NCBI GenBank assembly: GCA_003707115.1
Contig: PPNB01000005.1
Location: 496,001-543,548 of the forward strand
DNA length: 47,548 bases
Source: Tortispora ganteri
Taxonomy: Eukaryota
Direction: 5' to 3'
The notes under the pieces were generated by a model. It made no database searches, was not told the DNA's origin, and was given only the letters and a program-made list of their open reading frames with translations. Below are positions 21,417-31,200 of the stretch, piece after piece; position 1 is the stretch's first letter, and each line of letters starts with the position of its first letter. The position numbers were made by a program, and so were the translations under genes.

Positions 21417-22784
21417 ATGTCGTTTCAGTTCAACTGGCACTCTTTCACAGAGGCAAACTTCTACTCAAAGGCCCGTGCACTGCTTACAGAGGCACTTAAT
21501 AATGGTTCTATGCCTCCTATCATAGTTGATAAAGTCTCAGTCTCTGACTTTGATCTCGGCAGTACTCCCCCATACTTAGAGATTCTGGAGATTGGCGATT
21601 TCTCCGCAGACTCGTTTCATGGCATTTTCAAACTCAACTATGCAGGTGATGCTAGACTATCTCTGCAAACGAAAATAGAAGCAAACCCTCTACAAGTACA
21701 CTATCAATCAGTGTCAGAGTTCGCCGGTCCTCACTTCCTCGCCGCTAGCTCAAGTCTCACTATGCCCCTGATTCTCACCCTTAGCGAATTCCGCTTAAAC
21801 GGTATTGTGGTATTCGTATATTCTAGAGCTAAAGGACTCACAATCGTATTCCCTAACGATGTTCTTGAAAGTATAAAGGTCTCATCAACTTTCGATTTCA
21901 TCCCGTCTATCGCCCGCTACCTGCAGGCTGAAATTGAGAATCGCCTCCGGCTGTTCTTCCGAGACGATTTTCCTATAATTATGCACAAGATATCCCACAG
22001 CTGGACCTCAAATAACACATCAAAGTCGTCCTCTTTAGCTCCTAGTGGTCCTCTCTCACCTGCATCTACTCCTACTCAACCTCATCCTCCTTCGCACTCG
22101 CATGCCCATTCTCTTTCTATTTCTCACACTCCTCGGCTATCAACCTCTACTGCGCATTATCCTCTTTATTCAGACATTCTTTCAGACTCTCCGTTTATTT
22201 CTACTTCTTCTTTGCTTTACCTGAACACGCTCGCCGCATCTCAAAGGACTCTGAGTCTCTTTACTCCTAGCATTCCTGATGCGTGCTACCGATCATCTAT
22301 ATCTGACTCGCTCAGAAGTTCTCTAGTGGCAACAAATGGACGCAGCACCTTGAAACGAAATAAGCAGATATATAGAAGGGTTTTCAATATTGGTGACAAA
22401 AAGGAAGCATCTTCAACTGCCTCAACCCCAAATACCAACGCGGCTCCTTCTCCTATACAGCTACCGAAGAGCACCAATGTCGCTATTCACTCTGATGACT
22501 TTGCTACTCCAGAACCTGAATCTCCTGTCGGTAGCCCTAGATCGTTGAGACCGTCATCTATTACACTCTCGCGGCCAGGAAGATCCGATTCTGTCTTCAG
22601 CTCTTTGTCCCCACTCAAACCACGTTTACACTGGCCTGCGTCGCCTGCATCTATCTCACCGCCTCCGGAACTGTTCTTTAAAGCTTTACAAAAGGTGTAT
22701 CAGGTGCAGGAATCGCCGAAATATGACGTTCTTCCCGGATACGAGTCGCATACCCCTGCTGATTGTCCACCAGCATATTTTTAG
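21417..22784 (+). CDS. MDM34: ERMES subunit Mdm34 (SMP domain)
   Basis: MSFQFNW, PPIIVDKVSV, PYLEILEIGD, FHGIFKLNYAGDA, KGLTIVFPNDVLESIKVSSTFD; Ser/Pro-rich tail ending PPAYF. Confidence 0.95.
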   Translation: MSFQFNWHSFTEANFYSKARALLTEALNNGSMPPIIVDKVSVSDFDLGSTPPYLEILEIGDFSADSFHGIFKLNYAGDARLSLQTKIEANPLQVHYQSVSEFAGPHFLAASSSLTMPLILTLSEFRLNGIVVFVYSRAKGLTIVFPNDVLESIKVSSTFDFIPSIARYLQAEIENRLRLFFRDDFPIIMHKISHSWTSNNTSKSSSLAPSGPLSPASTPTQPHPPSHSHAHSLSISHTPRLSTSTAHYPLYSDILSDSPFISTSSLLYLNTLAASQRTLSLFTPSIPDACYRSSISDSLRSSLVATNGRSTLKRNKQIYRRVFNIGDKKEASSTASTPNTNAAPSPIQLPKSTNVAIHSDDFATPEPESPVGSPRSLRPSSITLSRPGRSDSVFSSLSPLKPRLHWPASPASISPPPELFFKALQKVYQVQESPKYDVLPGYESHTPADCPPAYF

Positions 22785-23045
22785 GACAGCCGTGATGCAT
22801 GCCGGTTGTTTCTACGTGATAACTATGACGCGATATTGTGATGAATGTCCTTTCTTCCAGGTGAGAGTAGTCTATCGCCATATATTGAATAACTATCCAT
22901 ATGTTAAGTCTATGCTAGAATAGTAGTGTCATGTTAAATCGCAATACAGCAAGCTTTATCGTCTTATTTGTCACAGACTCCTTTTTGCTGAATCTCTCGC
23001 TCTAGATCATTAAAAACCCTTATAAGTTTGCTCGTATTAATCACC

Positions 23046-26000
23046 TCAGTCAGCACTCTCAGGCTCGTATTCGTCAATATTCAGTAGTTTTCGCTTTATT
23101 ATTGACATTCTCTCAAAGGTTTTGTATTCCCAGTGATCCACAAGTACTGCGATACCTCGCAAAATAGCCAGTCCCATCATGGTCAGAGCACATTGGAACA
23201 ACAATGATCGGCCTTCAGGAACAGTAAGTGGACCATATAAGCATAGTTTGATGACTATAACAATAATCGGCACGGCTATGAATAGCATGCATTTCAGAGA
23301 AATACTCGCCAATGCCCAGAACGGTTTGCCATACTTTAATTCATTTATCGTTCCTTTCAAGTAAATTAGCAGTCCATTGGTATAGCTTTCGTCCAGTCTC
23401 TCTGAAAATACTAGAATATTAATTGCAACTTCCACAAAAATGAAGCAATAATAAAAATCTTGCATGAGGTCTATAGTCTCCAACGTAGAATCGCCAAAAC
23501 TAGATAATGGGATTCGAACGTAAAGAATTGAAAGTGCTGTTAGTTCGAGCGGTATAATTATTCTCAACAGCAAAAAATGCAAACTATACCTTATTAAAGT
23601 AGAAATAGAGTCAGTAAGAAAGCTCCTTCGTAATGCATAATGGGCAAATCTCAAGCCAAAAATCCACAAAGTATTGGGGGCATGTGAATGACTCAAGTCG
23701 GTCATACTCTGACGCACACAATTACTAAAAAGAGCAGCATAGATAGTCACGCTTTGTGAAATCACAAACATTCCTACAACAAACGCATAGATGTCATTTT
23801 CGCACGTGTCAGGAACAAAAATGCGTCCTGTAATAATCGGAGCAAACATTCCCAATAAAACAAGTCCACCAGTGAAACCAAAAATAAGAATGAACAAAAT
23901 AAGACAGCGCGTCTTTAAGAATGGAGGCCTATAAACAACGTCATAGGGCGCTATTTGTTTGTTTTTCAACAATGCAGGAGTATGTGTAGGATCAATGGGC
24001 TTATCATCAGTATCAACAGGAATAAATAGTATGGCATTGTCTTCGAGATCCATATTGTCTGCAGCTGGTGCCCTCATATAAGAGCCCTCGAAAAGAAATA
24101 AAGATCTGGACGTAGTTTTAGACCAATCTAAGTCATTCGAGACCATGAGTAATTCAGAATCCTTACAAGTTAAACGATCCCATAAAGATCTATAATGAAA
24201 CGAACCGACTTCATTAGCCACTTTGCGATTCAATATAAATTCAGATAGACGCAGTAAATGACAAATATGATCCAAATACAATATCCATATCGTTTCATTG
24301 ACAGTACCCAAGTATGACATGCAGTAAACATTGCATGCAGTAAAATAGCACATAATCAAATCCAGTGGGGTGCTAAAAAGTGGTCCGGAGAATACAATCG
24401 TAAAAGGGCGTCCAAATAAGACGTAGGAAGTACTCTGCACCATGACAGCAAAGAACCCTACTCCAAAGATTATGAGAACAGCATACATTATAGCAGAAAC
24501 ACTTATCTTTCTTAACAGCTGGAGAACAGAGTTTGTAACAATTTCACGAAAGGGGTGAAACGATGGGTCGTGCTGGTCTCGAATAAAATATAAAACACCT
24601 TTGCGCATGATTCGTCTGAAATGGCTAACAAAGTTAGCCAGAAAAAACATGTAGCAAGTTCCTACAACCCAATGCAGAAACATAGGCTTAAAAGACAAAC
24701 TTATAGAAAGCATTTCTGTCATGGATTCGTGCGATATCAATGGGATCATTAAGGGTAACAATGCTAGACGTATCAAAACTCCACAGCCCAAAGGAAACAG
24801 TATGAGTTCGATGGACAAGAACCATATAATTCTCAAATGCTGGTTGCAGCGAGCAAAATTTTGGACCAAACGTATGAAACCATTTGCACGTATTAAATTT
24901 AAATTGTAGTTCCTGGCGATACGTGCAAACGCTAGGATAAAGCAGGAAAATAAAGCAATACCCATGTACACGCAACAGTCGGCAAGAAGAATATCGTATA
25001 CTGTGGTTTCTTTCGGTATAACTCCTCCATGAAAAATTGCGGTCCAGGAGTTGCTGTCTTTTCTAATTCGTTGTAATGCTTGGTTTAAAGTGAGCGTGCG
25101 ATCGATATCCGGTAACGCCAAAGTAATCGCGGACCAAGCAAGGTCTGAAATCTCTTTGCGAAAAACTTCAAAGTTAACAAGAGTCTCAGGCACTAATTTA
25201 CAGCCAAAGACAGCTAAGCCGAAACCATTGATCGAGACACTAGTCATAGAAATACATGAAAGCAGGACTGCTCTTGAAAAAGAATAGAATGCATGAGCTG
25301 TTTTCAGAGGAAAGTATGTAAGTAATATCGTCGGAATGTAGAAAGCACTTGAAATCATTTTAAATAGATATGAAGGCATGCACACGGCAATATAGAGCGT
25401 TACTCCAATAATCAGCATCGATGCAACTACACTTTTGATAAGTTCTTTTAGTGGTCCCAAGAGATGTAGGAATTCCAGTATTCCCATTGCCAGTTCTGCG
25501 TTTATATCATCGTTAATGTCATTCCTATTTCCCGCGTTCCATGCTGGCGGTTCCGGAGGCTGTAGGACAGGGTCATTCATGAAATCAGGAAATGCGACCT
25601 GAGGGTTGAAAGGAGGTATGTTGTGACGAAAATGTTCGACTTCGTCGTCGCCTTCATCATCATCGTCCTCTTCATTAAATTCATTGTTGTTCTGCAGCAG
25701 GATCATGTTTTCGGTGGTCCATTCATTGACAAGCAATGTGATGAGCACGACGAGGAAACACAGCGCGGTCACAGTGATGCCTTCGCCCACGAACCGGGCG
25801 AGTTCTTTGGCCGGTAGGAGCGCCTTAGAGATCGAACTAGACCCAGAAAATAGTTCGCTCCAAACAAGAAAGATGTCTGCTAGCATGTGTGCTATGATGG
25901 TTTGCGGTGCGTCCTGCTGTAAGAATTGAACAGCTAACAAACGCACGAAGGCCGGCAACCAGAAGAGCCACATAGAGAGCGCAGTGAGCAGAAGAGATAT

Positions 26001-26270
26001 TTTCTTTATAGTCAACAGAGATGACATAAATGCCGTCTGAAGGAACAAGCAGAGTGGTGGGTGGCGAGGAATAGAGTCCCGCGTGACGCTCTGGTATCTA
26101 AAGGCATGGCCACAGAGCTCACATTTCGCTGGTTTCCCAGAATGCTCGAGCCATTCCTTGAGGCAGGTTTCGTGCACGTACTTTATAGTACCTATACATT
26201 TACATGGATAATATAAAGGGTCATCTGGGAGCGCCTCACCTCTACAAATTCTGCACGCCGCCTCATTCAT
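23046..26270 (-). CDS. SSM4: ERAD E3 ubiquitin ligase Doa10/MARCH6
   Basis: RING-CH CRICRGE..PLYYPCKCIGTIKYVHETCLKEWL..CELC; TD domain IELILFPLGCG, HWVVGTCYMF, MRKGVLYFIRD; many TM segments. Confidence 0.92.
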   Translation of the reverse strand: MNEAACRICRGEALPDDPLYYPCKCIGTIKYVHETCLKEWLEHSGKPAKCELCGHAFRYQSVTRDSIPRHPPLCLFLQTAFMSSLLTIKKISLLLTALSMWLFWLPAFVRLLAVQFLQQDAPQTIIAHMLADIFLVWSELFSGSSSISKALLPAKELARFVGEGITVTALCFLVVLITLLVNEWTTENMILLQNNNEFNEEDDDDEGDDEVEHFRHNIPPFNPQVAFPDFMNDPVLQPPEPPAWNAGNRNDINDDINAELAMGILEFLHLLGPLKELIKSVVASMLIIGVTLYIAVCMPSYLFKMISSAFYIPTILLTYFPLKTAHAFYSFSRAVLLSCISMTSVSINGFGLAVFGCKLVPETLVNFEVFRKEISDLAWSAITLALPDIDRTLTLNQALQRIRKDSNSWTAIFHGGVIPKETTVYDILLADCCVYMGIALFSCFILAFARIARNYNLNLIRANGFIRLVQNFARCNQHLRIIWFLSIELILFPLGCGVLIRLALLPLMIPLISHESMTEMLSISLSFKPMFLHWVVGTCYMFFLANFVSHFRRIMRKGVLYFIRDQHDPSFHPFREIVTNSVLQLLRKISVSAIMYAVLIIFGVGFFAVMVQSTSYVLFGRPFTIVFSGPLFSTPLDLIMCYFTACNVYCMSYLGTVNETIWILYLDHICHLLRLSEFILNRKVANEVGSFHYRSLWDRLTCKDSELLMVSNDLDWSKTTSRSLFLFEGSYMRAPAADNMDLEDNAILFIPVDTDDKPIDPTHTPALLKNKQIAPYDVVYRPPFLKTRCLILFILIFGFTGGLVLLGMFAPIITGRIFVPDTCENDIYAFVVGMFVISQSVTIYAALFSNCVRQSMTDLSHSHAPNTLWIFGLRFAHYALRRSFLTDSISTLIRYSLHFLLLRIIIPLELTALSILYVRIPLSSFGDSTLETIDLMQDFYYCFIFVEVAINILVFSERLDESYTNGLLIYLKGTINELKYGKPFWALASISLKCMLFIAVPIIVIVIKLCLYGPLTVPEGRSLLFQCALTMMGLAILRGIAVLVDHWEYKTFERMSIIKRKLLNIDEYEPESAD

Positions 26271-26369
26271 CTTGACAAATGGTGAAGTTAGTGTACAAGT
26301 GGGGTGGGATGGTGTTGATTTGGGACTATGATCAGGAAACGAATAAACAGCGCGTTATCAAGTGTTCTT

Positions 26370-28706
26370 TCAGCTTATTTTCCCTCCTAACAATACCGTG
26401 ACTTCGTTATACCGCTGTCGCAGATTATCTGCGTTTGCGAGCTCTTCTTTCAATGCCGCCATCTCTGTCTCTACCGACGTGCGCTCGGCCGACTCCGTCA
26501 GCGGTTCCATACTCCATTCATGACCGGTCTCGCCACCGCCAAGCCTGATCAGCATCTTGTGATACCGCATGAGCGACGGACGGTTTGAGATAGTCATCAA
26601 TGTGATTCCTGCAGCCTTCGCAGACTCGTACAGTATACCTTCCACGTCCGACGACACCGCTGATGTGCCTTCGTCGATAATCCCCACTTTTGGACTATGG
26701 TAAAGCAGCCTCGCAAATCCCATGCGTTGCTTCTCGCCGCCAGAAAACACATCTTTCCATTCCTTTCGTGTTTCCCATCCGCCTTCTCGTGATGGGATGT
26801 ATGCTAGTCGAACGGTCTTCAATATATTGATCAGTTCCTGGTCCGTCCTTCCGTTCAGAACCATATCTGCATGCGAATCCGGGTAAATAACTTGATCTCT
26901 CAGGGTTCCACTAGAAAAGTATGGTCTTTGCGGAAGTATGTACAAGTCTTCACCTTTAGGTCGAGATACTAGACCGCGAAAAACCGGCCATAGACCTCCA
27001 ATCACGCGAATAATGGACGACTTACCGCTGCCGTTCGGTCCAATAACGAGAACATGATCTCCACTACGAATGATAAAATGCAAATCGTTCACTAGCTTCT
27101 CGCCGCTCATGTCGTATCTCGATCCTGGTGCAACAATAGGAACTCCTTCTAATCGCACTCCTTCAAAACCTTCCTGAATCGTTCCCTGCACGTCTTCCAG
27201 CGAAAACGGATGCGCTTCAGCAAGGTTCATCTTCGCGCTGTACTCTCTCTTCCTGCGCTCATGATTCTTGAGAAGTTTAGGTAGTGGATGGTACGAATTT
27301 GAGTTCACACGGTGCAGCACCGCCAGGAACTCATACACTCTGGCCGTGTACCCTGCAAACTCAGACAGGTCTTTTATAGCGTACATCATTCTGCCACCGG
27401 CATCAGCTAGCGAAAGCATTAATCTTTTGTTGGTGATAAACCCTTTCATTCGATCACGTTCGCGAGTTAGTTTATCAACAGAAGAGTCCAGCTCGTAAGA
27501 ACCCGATTGTCCACCCCATTCTGGCAAAAATATAGGCAAGGACACTATAATGTAGCCCCAGGCAGACCATGTATATTTCAGAACAAAATCTTCCAGCATA
27601 TTATATGCAACCTTGGTTTTAGCAATCAAATTAAGGTGTTGCGTAAGCTTCCGAAATATGCTTGAAGCTACTGTGCGCTCTAAAGAAGCGCCTTCATAGA
27701 AGGCAATTTCCTCGGCATTGGTGATAACTCTGGTATGTGCTGCTCGAAACTCTCCTTCCAGCTTTGCCTCCTGTGCTTTAAGTTTACCAAATGGAGGAGA
27801 CATTTTCCGTAGGAATATCGCCGTGGCGCAGTAATTTGACAATAACACACCTAGTGCAACAGGTCCTAATGAGTTTGCCAGTTGGTAGTTAAAAATGATT
27901 AGGTCCATCAGAGGTTTACCAATTGTAGAGTAAAGTGACGCAGCAGCATTACAGAACTGTGTGACGTCAGCAGTGATATACTGATCTGCATCAGTCAAAG
28001 TGCCATCGAGGTTTGGCAGTTTATAGTAAGGTGCGTGCGAGTTCACATACAAGTCATGTATGTAGCGGGTCAGGTTAGTCCTGAATGCAATAGCAAGCTT
28101 TGCTTCTAGAAATTTTATCATTGAATTGCAGTACGAGGCAGGAACTCCTAGTGCTAACCACATAAAGACTGCTTTCACGAAACTTCGGCCATCTGCAGCC
28201 ACAATATCTCGTACAATGCGTCCGTCCAACCTTGCGACAAGCAAACTAAGCCAGGTACGCCCTACCAGAAACACTAGATGCAGCAGCATAATAGCAGACG
28301 TTTTGGAGTTCAATTTCCGCAACATAATTGGCCATATAGCCGAGAATCGACGTACTGAGTCTCTGTTAAGGGAGATCGACTGGCCTGAAGAAGGCACTGC
28401 TGGGCGACCATATTTATCAATGAACAAACCTCTATGCGCATCAAAGACAGACTTCTCTGTAGGTTTAATAATCATTCTAACGGATTTGCCTTCGTTCGGC
28501 ACAAATATCTCCCGAGCGCCGCCTGCTAGAAGCATCGAAGACGATTGTCTATGTAGTTTCGGCTGCTCTTCTGTGGATCGCTGCAGGTAAAATACGACGG
28601 CAGAAGTTAGCAGTCCAACAACAGCAGCTAATCGCTTCGGATTACTTTTAGTTAATACGATGATCTGGTGCAGTTGCGCCAGCATTTTCTGTGTATGTGG
28701 CTCCAT
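26370..28706 (-). CDS. PXA1: Peroxisomal ABCD half-transporter (Pxa1-like)
   Basis: EAA-like motif EGEFRAAHTRVITNAEEIAFYEG, Walker A GPNGSGKSS, WKDVFSGGEKQR and IIDEGTSA. The H-switch is degenerate (TISNRPSL), as recalled for fungal Pxa1 rather than Pxa2. Confidence 0.88.
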   Translation of the reverse strand: MEPHTQKMLAQLHQIIVLTKSNPKRLAAVVGLLTSAVVFYLQRSTEEQPKLHRQSSSMLLAGGAREIFVPNEGKSVRMIIKPTEKSVFDAHRGLFIDKYGRPAVPSSGQSISLNRDSVRRFSAIWPIMLRKLNSKTSAIMLLHLVFLVGRTWLSLLVARLDGRIVRDIVAADGRSFVKAVFMWLALGVPASYCNSMIKFLEAKLAIAFRTNLTRYIHDLYVNSHAPYYKLPNLDGTLTDADQYITADVTQFCNAAASLYSTIGKPLMDLIIFNYQLANSLGPVALGVLLSNYCATAIFLRKMSPPFGKLKAQEAKLEGEFRAAHTRVITNAEEIAFYEGASLERTVASSIFRKLTQHLNLIAKTKVAYNMLEDFVLKYTWSAWGYIIVSLPIFLPEWGGQSGSYELDSSVDKLTRERDRMKGFITNKRLMLSLADAGGRMMYAIKDLSEFAGYTARVYEFLAVLHRVNSNSYHPLPKLLKNHERRKREYSAKMNLAEAHPFSLEDVQGTIQEGFEGVRLEGVPIVAPGSRYDMSGEKLVNDLHFIIRSGDHVLVIGPNGSGKSSIIRVIGGLWPVFRGLVSRPKGEDLYILPQRPYFSSGTLRDQVIYPDSHADMVLNGRTDQELINILKTVRLAYIPSREGGWETRKEWKDVFSGGEKQRMGFARLLYHSPKVGIIDEGTSAVSSDVEGILYESAKAAGITLMTISNRPSLMRYHKMLIRLGGGETGHEWSMEPLTESAERTSVETEMAALKEELANADNLRQRYNEVTVLLGGKIS

Positions 28707-29056
28707 GTCGGTTCATGTGATGGCGACTAGTCCGTCAGTCTGGAAGTGGTTAGCGGTATTCAGCCAATAGCAGAGTGCGCTACTTTGATAAGGTTTAACG
28801 GTATGTTTCTTGCAGTAGGCCATACACATGTTCTAAGCATAAAATACTCTGCGGATTAGTTTTGTCTGATTTACATATTTCATTGCTTTTATATTAGACT
28901 ACCACCTGAACTATCTGCAGATGAGCGGCCTTAAAAGACACTCTGCTACCTCAGGCTCTTGCGCTGACAGATGGTAAGTCAATTAGGGTTAAGGGCACGG
29001 TACTTAACAGTATACTATACCTCGAGCAAACGATTTAGTGAAATCAGTATTTTCGA

Positions 29057-30571
29057 ATGGATGCCGTCAAGCTGCTGATGAGAGGAACCTCGGTTAATAA
29101 ATCGAGGTTCAGTAACGATGTTTCTTTACTTGGAGGCAATTACAAGTCACAAAATAGTGCTAGTGTTGAGAAGAAAACTATGATGATCGAAGACACTGCA
29201 GAAATGCGAAAACGTGATCGTATAAGGATCACTGGCGACGACGTCCCGGAACCTATCAGGACATTTGGCGACTTGAAGCGTTATGGTATAGATGAGCGGC
29301 TGGCTGCTGAGCTTGAGCGTCACGGATTTGAGGATCCTACCCCAATACAGCGCGAAGCGATCCCGATAATACTGGAAGATCACGATATGCTTGCCTGCGC
29401 ACCAACCGGATCAGGGAAGACGCTGGCATATTTAGTTCCTCTTATCAGTTTGGCACTGAAAATGAGAGAATCTAAACCTGCGAGCAATGAAGGACCTAGG
29501 TGCTTGGTGATTGCGCCCACGAAAGAACTGGCAAAACAGATCAAAGACCAAATAACTCTACTGTCAGGGCCGCGACACCGTGCGCTGCCTGTGCGTTCAT
29601 GTGTGCTTACAAAACAGCAGCTTTCACGGTTCAAAGAAGATTCTGGTGCTTCTTCAAACTACGATATAATGGTATCCACGCCACTACGACTGGTTGACGC
29701 ATTACAATCTAAAGGAGCAGTCTCACTTAAACACGTTCGACGCATAGTGTTTGATGAAGCTGACAAGTTATTTGAGCTAGGGTTTCTTGAGCAGACGGAC
29801 TCTATATTAACTGTCTGCACGAACAAACACCGGCGTACTGCTCTATTTTCCGCCACGTTGCCTTCAGGGGTTGAGCAGATGGCAGAGTCGATCATGCTGC
29901 ACCCGTTGCGAGTGACAATCGGCAAGAAAGATTCTGCTAACCAGGCTGTTCACCAATCTCTGAAATTTGTCACGTCTGAGGAAGGTAAACTAGTGGAAAT
30001 TCGACAAATGATTCGCGCGGGTTCCTTAAAACTGCCCTGTCTAGTGTTCCTGCAGTCCGTCGACCGAGCTAAGGCGTTGCACAATGAGCTGCTGTATGAT
30101 GGCGTCAAGGTGGGTGTTATTCACAGCGAACGATCTCAAGCCGACAGAGATGCAGTTCTTGAGGGGTTCAAGCAAGGGAAAGTGTGGGTATTGATCTGCA
30201 CTGACCTTATTGCGCGCGGTATCGATTTCAAGGGTGTGCAGATGGTGATCAACTACGACGTGCCACAATCCGCTCAAGCCTACATTCACCGGATTGGCCG
30301 TACAGGGAGAGCAGGCCAGACCGGAGAGGCAATTACCTTCTACACTACGGAGGACGTGCTGGGCCTCAAGATGATTGTCAATGTCATGAAGCAGTCGGGC
30401 AACCCTATAGACGACTGGATGGAGACTCTCGGCGGGCTGACCAAACGCGAAAAGCAGACTATGAAAAAGAAAAACATTACCAGGGCAGAAATTTCTACCT
30501 TGCCGTTTTCGCGCGTGCCACGGGCGAAAGGGGTATCGAAACGACGATCATCCGCGAAAACAAACACATGA
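29057..30571 (+). CDS. ROK1: DEAD-box RNA helicase Rok1/DDX52
   Basis: PTPIQREAIP, ACAPTGSGKTLAY, STPLRL, DEADKLFE, SAT, VWVLICTDLIARGIDFKGV, HRIGRTGRAG. Confidence 0.94.
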   Translation: MDAVKLLMRGTSVNKSRFSNDVSLLGGNYKSQNSASVEKKTMMIEDTAEMRKRDRIRITGDDVPEPIRTFGDLKRYGIDERLAAELERHGFEDPTPIQREAIPIILEDHDMLACAPTGSGKTLAYLVPLISLALKMRESKPASNEGPRCLVIAPTKELAKQIKDQITLLSGPRHRALPVRSCVLTKQQLSRFKEDSGASSNYDIMVSTPLRLVDALQSKGAVSLKHVRRIVFDEADKLFELGFLEQTDSILTVCTNKHRRTALFSATLPSGVEQMAESIMLHPLRVTIGKKDSANQAVHQSLKFVTSEEGKLVEIRQMIRAGSLKLPCLVFLQSVDRAKALHNELLYDGVKVGVIHSERSQADRDAVLEGFKQGKVWVLICTDLIARGIDFKGVQMVINYDVPQSAQAYIHRIGRTGRAGQTGEAITFYTTEDVLGLKMIVNVMKQSGNPIDDWMETLGGLTKREKQTMKKKNITRAEISTLPFSRVPRAKGVSKRRSSAKTNT

Positions 30572-30634
30572 ATCTACGAGATTACAAATACATAAAATGA
30601 TCGATCAATATCTTATTATCGGGGGGTTTTGCGT

Positions 30635-31024
30635 CTAGTATCCGACCAATTTGCGACGACCTATGATCTCTCCAAGGGAGAATAATCCTAGAACTTGCAT
30701 CGTGTAAGCTCCATAAACAACAGCATCTTTAGTTGTGAAGTTCTTGGCGGCACTGAGCAGCTGCTCAGGGCTTGAAACAAACTTCAAAGTGCGATCTAAA
30801 AGCGACTTGTACACAGTTTGTACCTCGGCGATAGAAGGAGGAGCCATTCCCTCTTTGACGTAGACCTGCTTGAAAACTTCACCAGTGACTTTGGCGTAAA
30901 AGATAGACTTATTCAGCAACGTAGATACTTTACTGGTAAATCCAGAAATCTTGGATGTAGTGGAATTGTAGCGAACTCCAAGGTTAGCAGATCGCAGTGC
31001 ACGGAATGTTTGATTTCTCAGCAT
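30635..31024 (-). CDS. ATP20: Mitochondrial ATP synthase subunit g
   Basis: Arg-rich presequence; IFYAKVTGEVFKQVYVKEGMAPPS; C-terminal GLFSLGEIIGRRKLVGY. Confidence 0.95.
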   Translation of the reverse strand: MLRNQTFRALRSANLGVRYNSTTSKISGFTSKVSTLLNKSIFYAKVTGEVFKQVYVKEGMAPPSIAEVQTVYKSLLDRTLKFVSSPEQLLSAAKNFTTKDAVVYGAYTMQVLGLFSLGEIIGRRKLVGY

Positions 31025-31200
31025 ATTTTCTCTTTATATTGGATGAACAATAGAAATTGTAGTACAATCGGGGTTCCTCGGGAGCTCATTCTTGCAGTGG
31101 TGATTTTTCGCTACGTTTTAGTGGTTAAAAAAATATGGGTTAGGGTTACTGTGTTGTACGATTTATTGCTTCGAAACCTTGGTTAATTGATGGTGCATCT

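Noticed and set aside
28971..29010. ATG|GTAAGT...TTAACAG upstream of ROK1 as a mini-intron
   Set aside because: Only ~37 nt and splices out of frame with ROK1, whose own ATG gives the conserved N-terminus.
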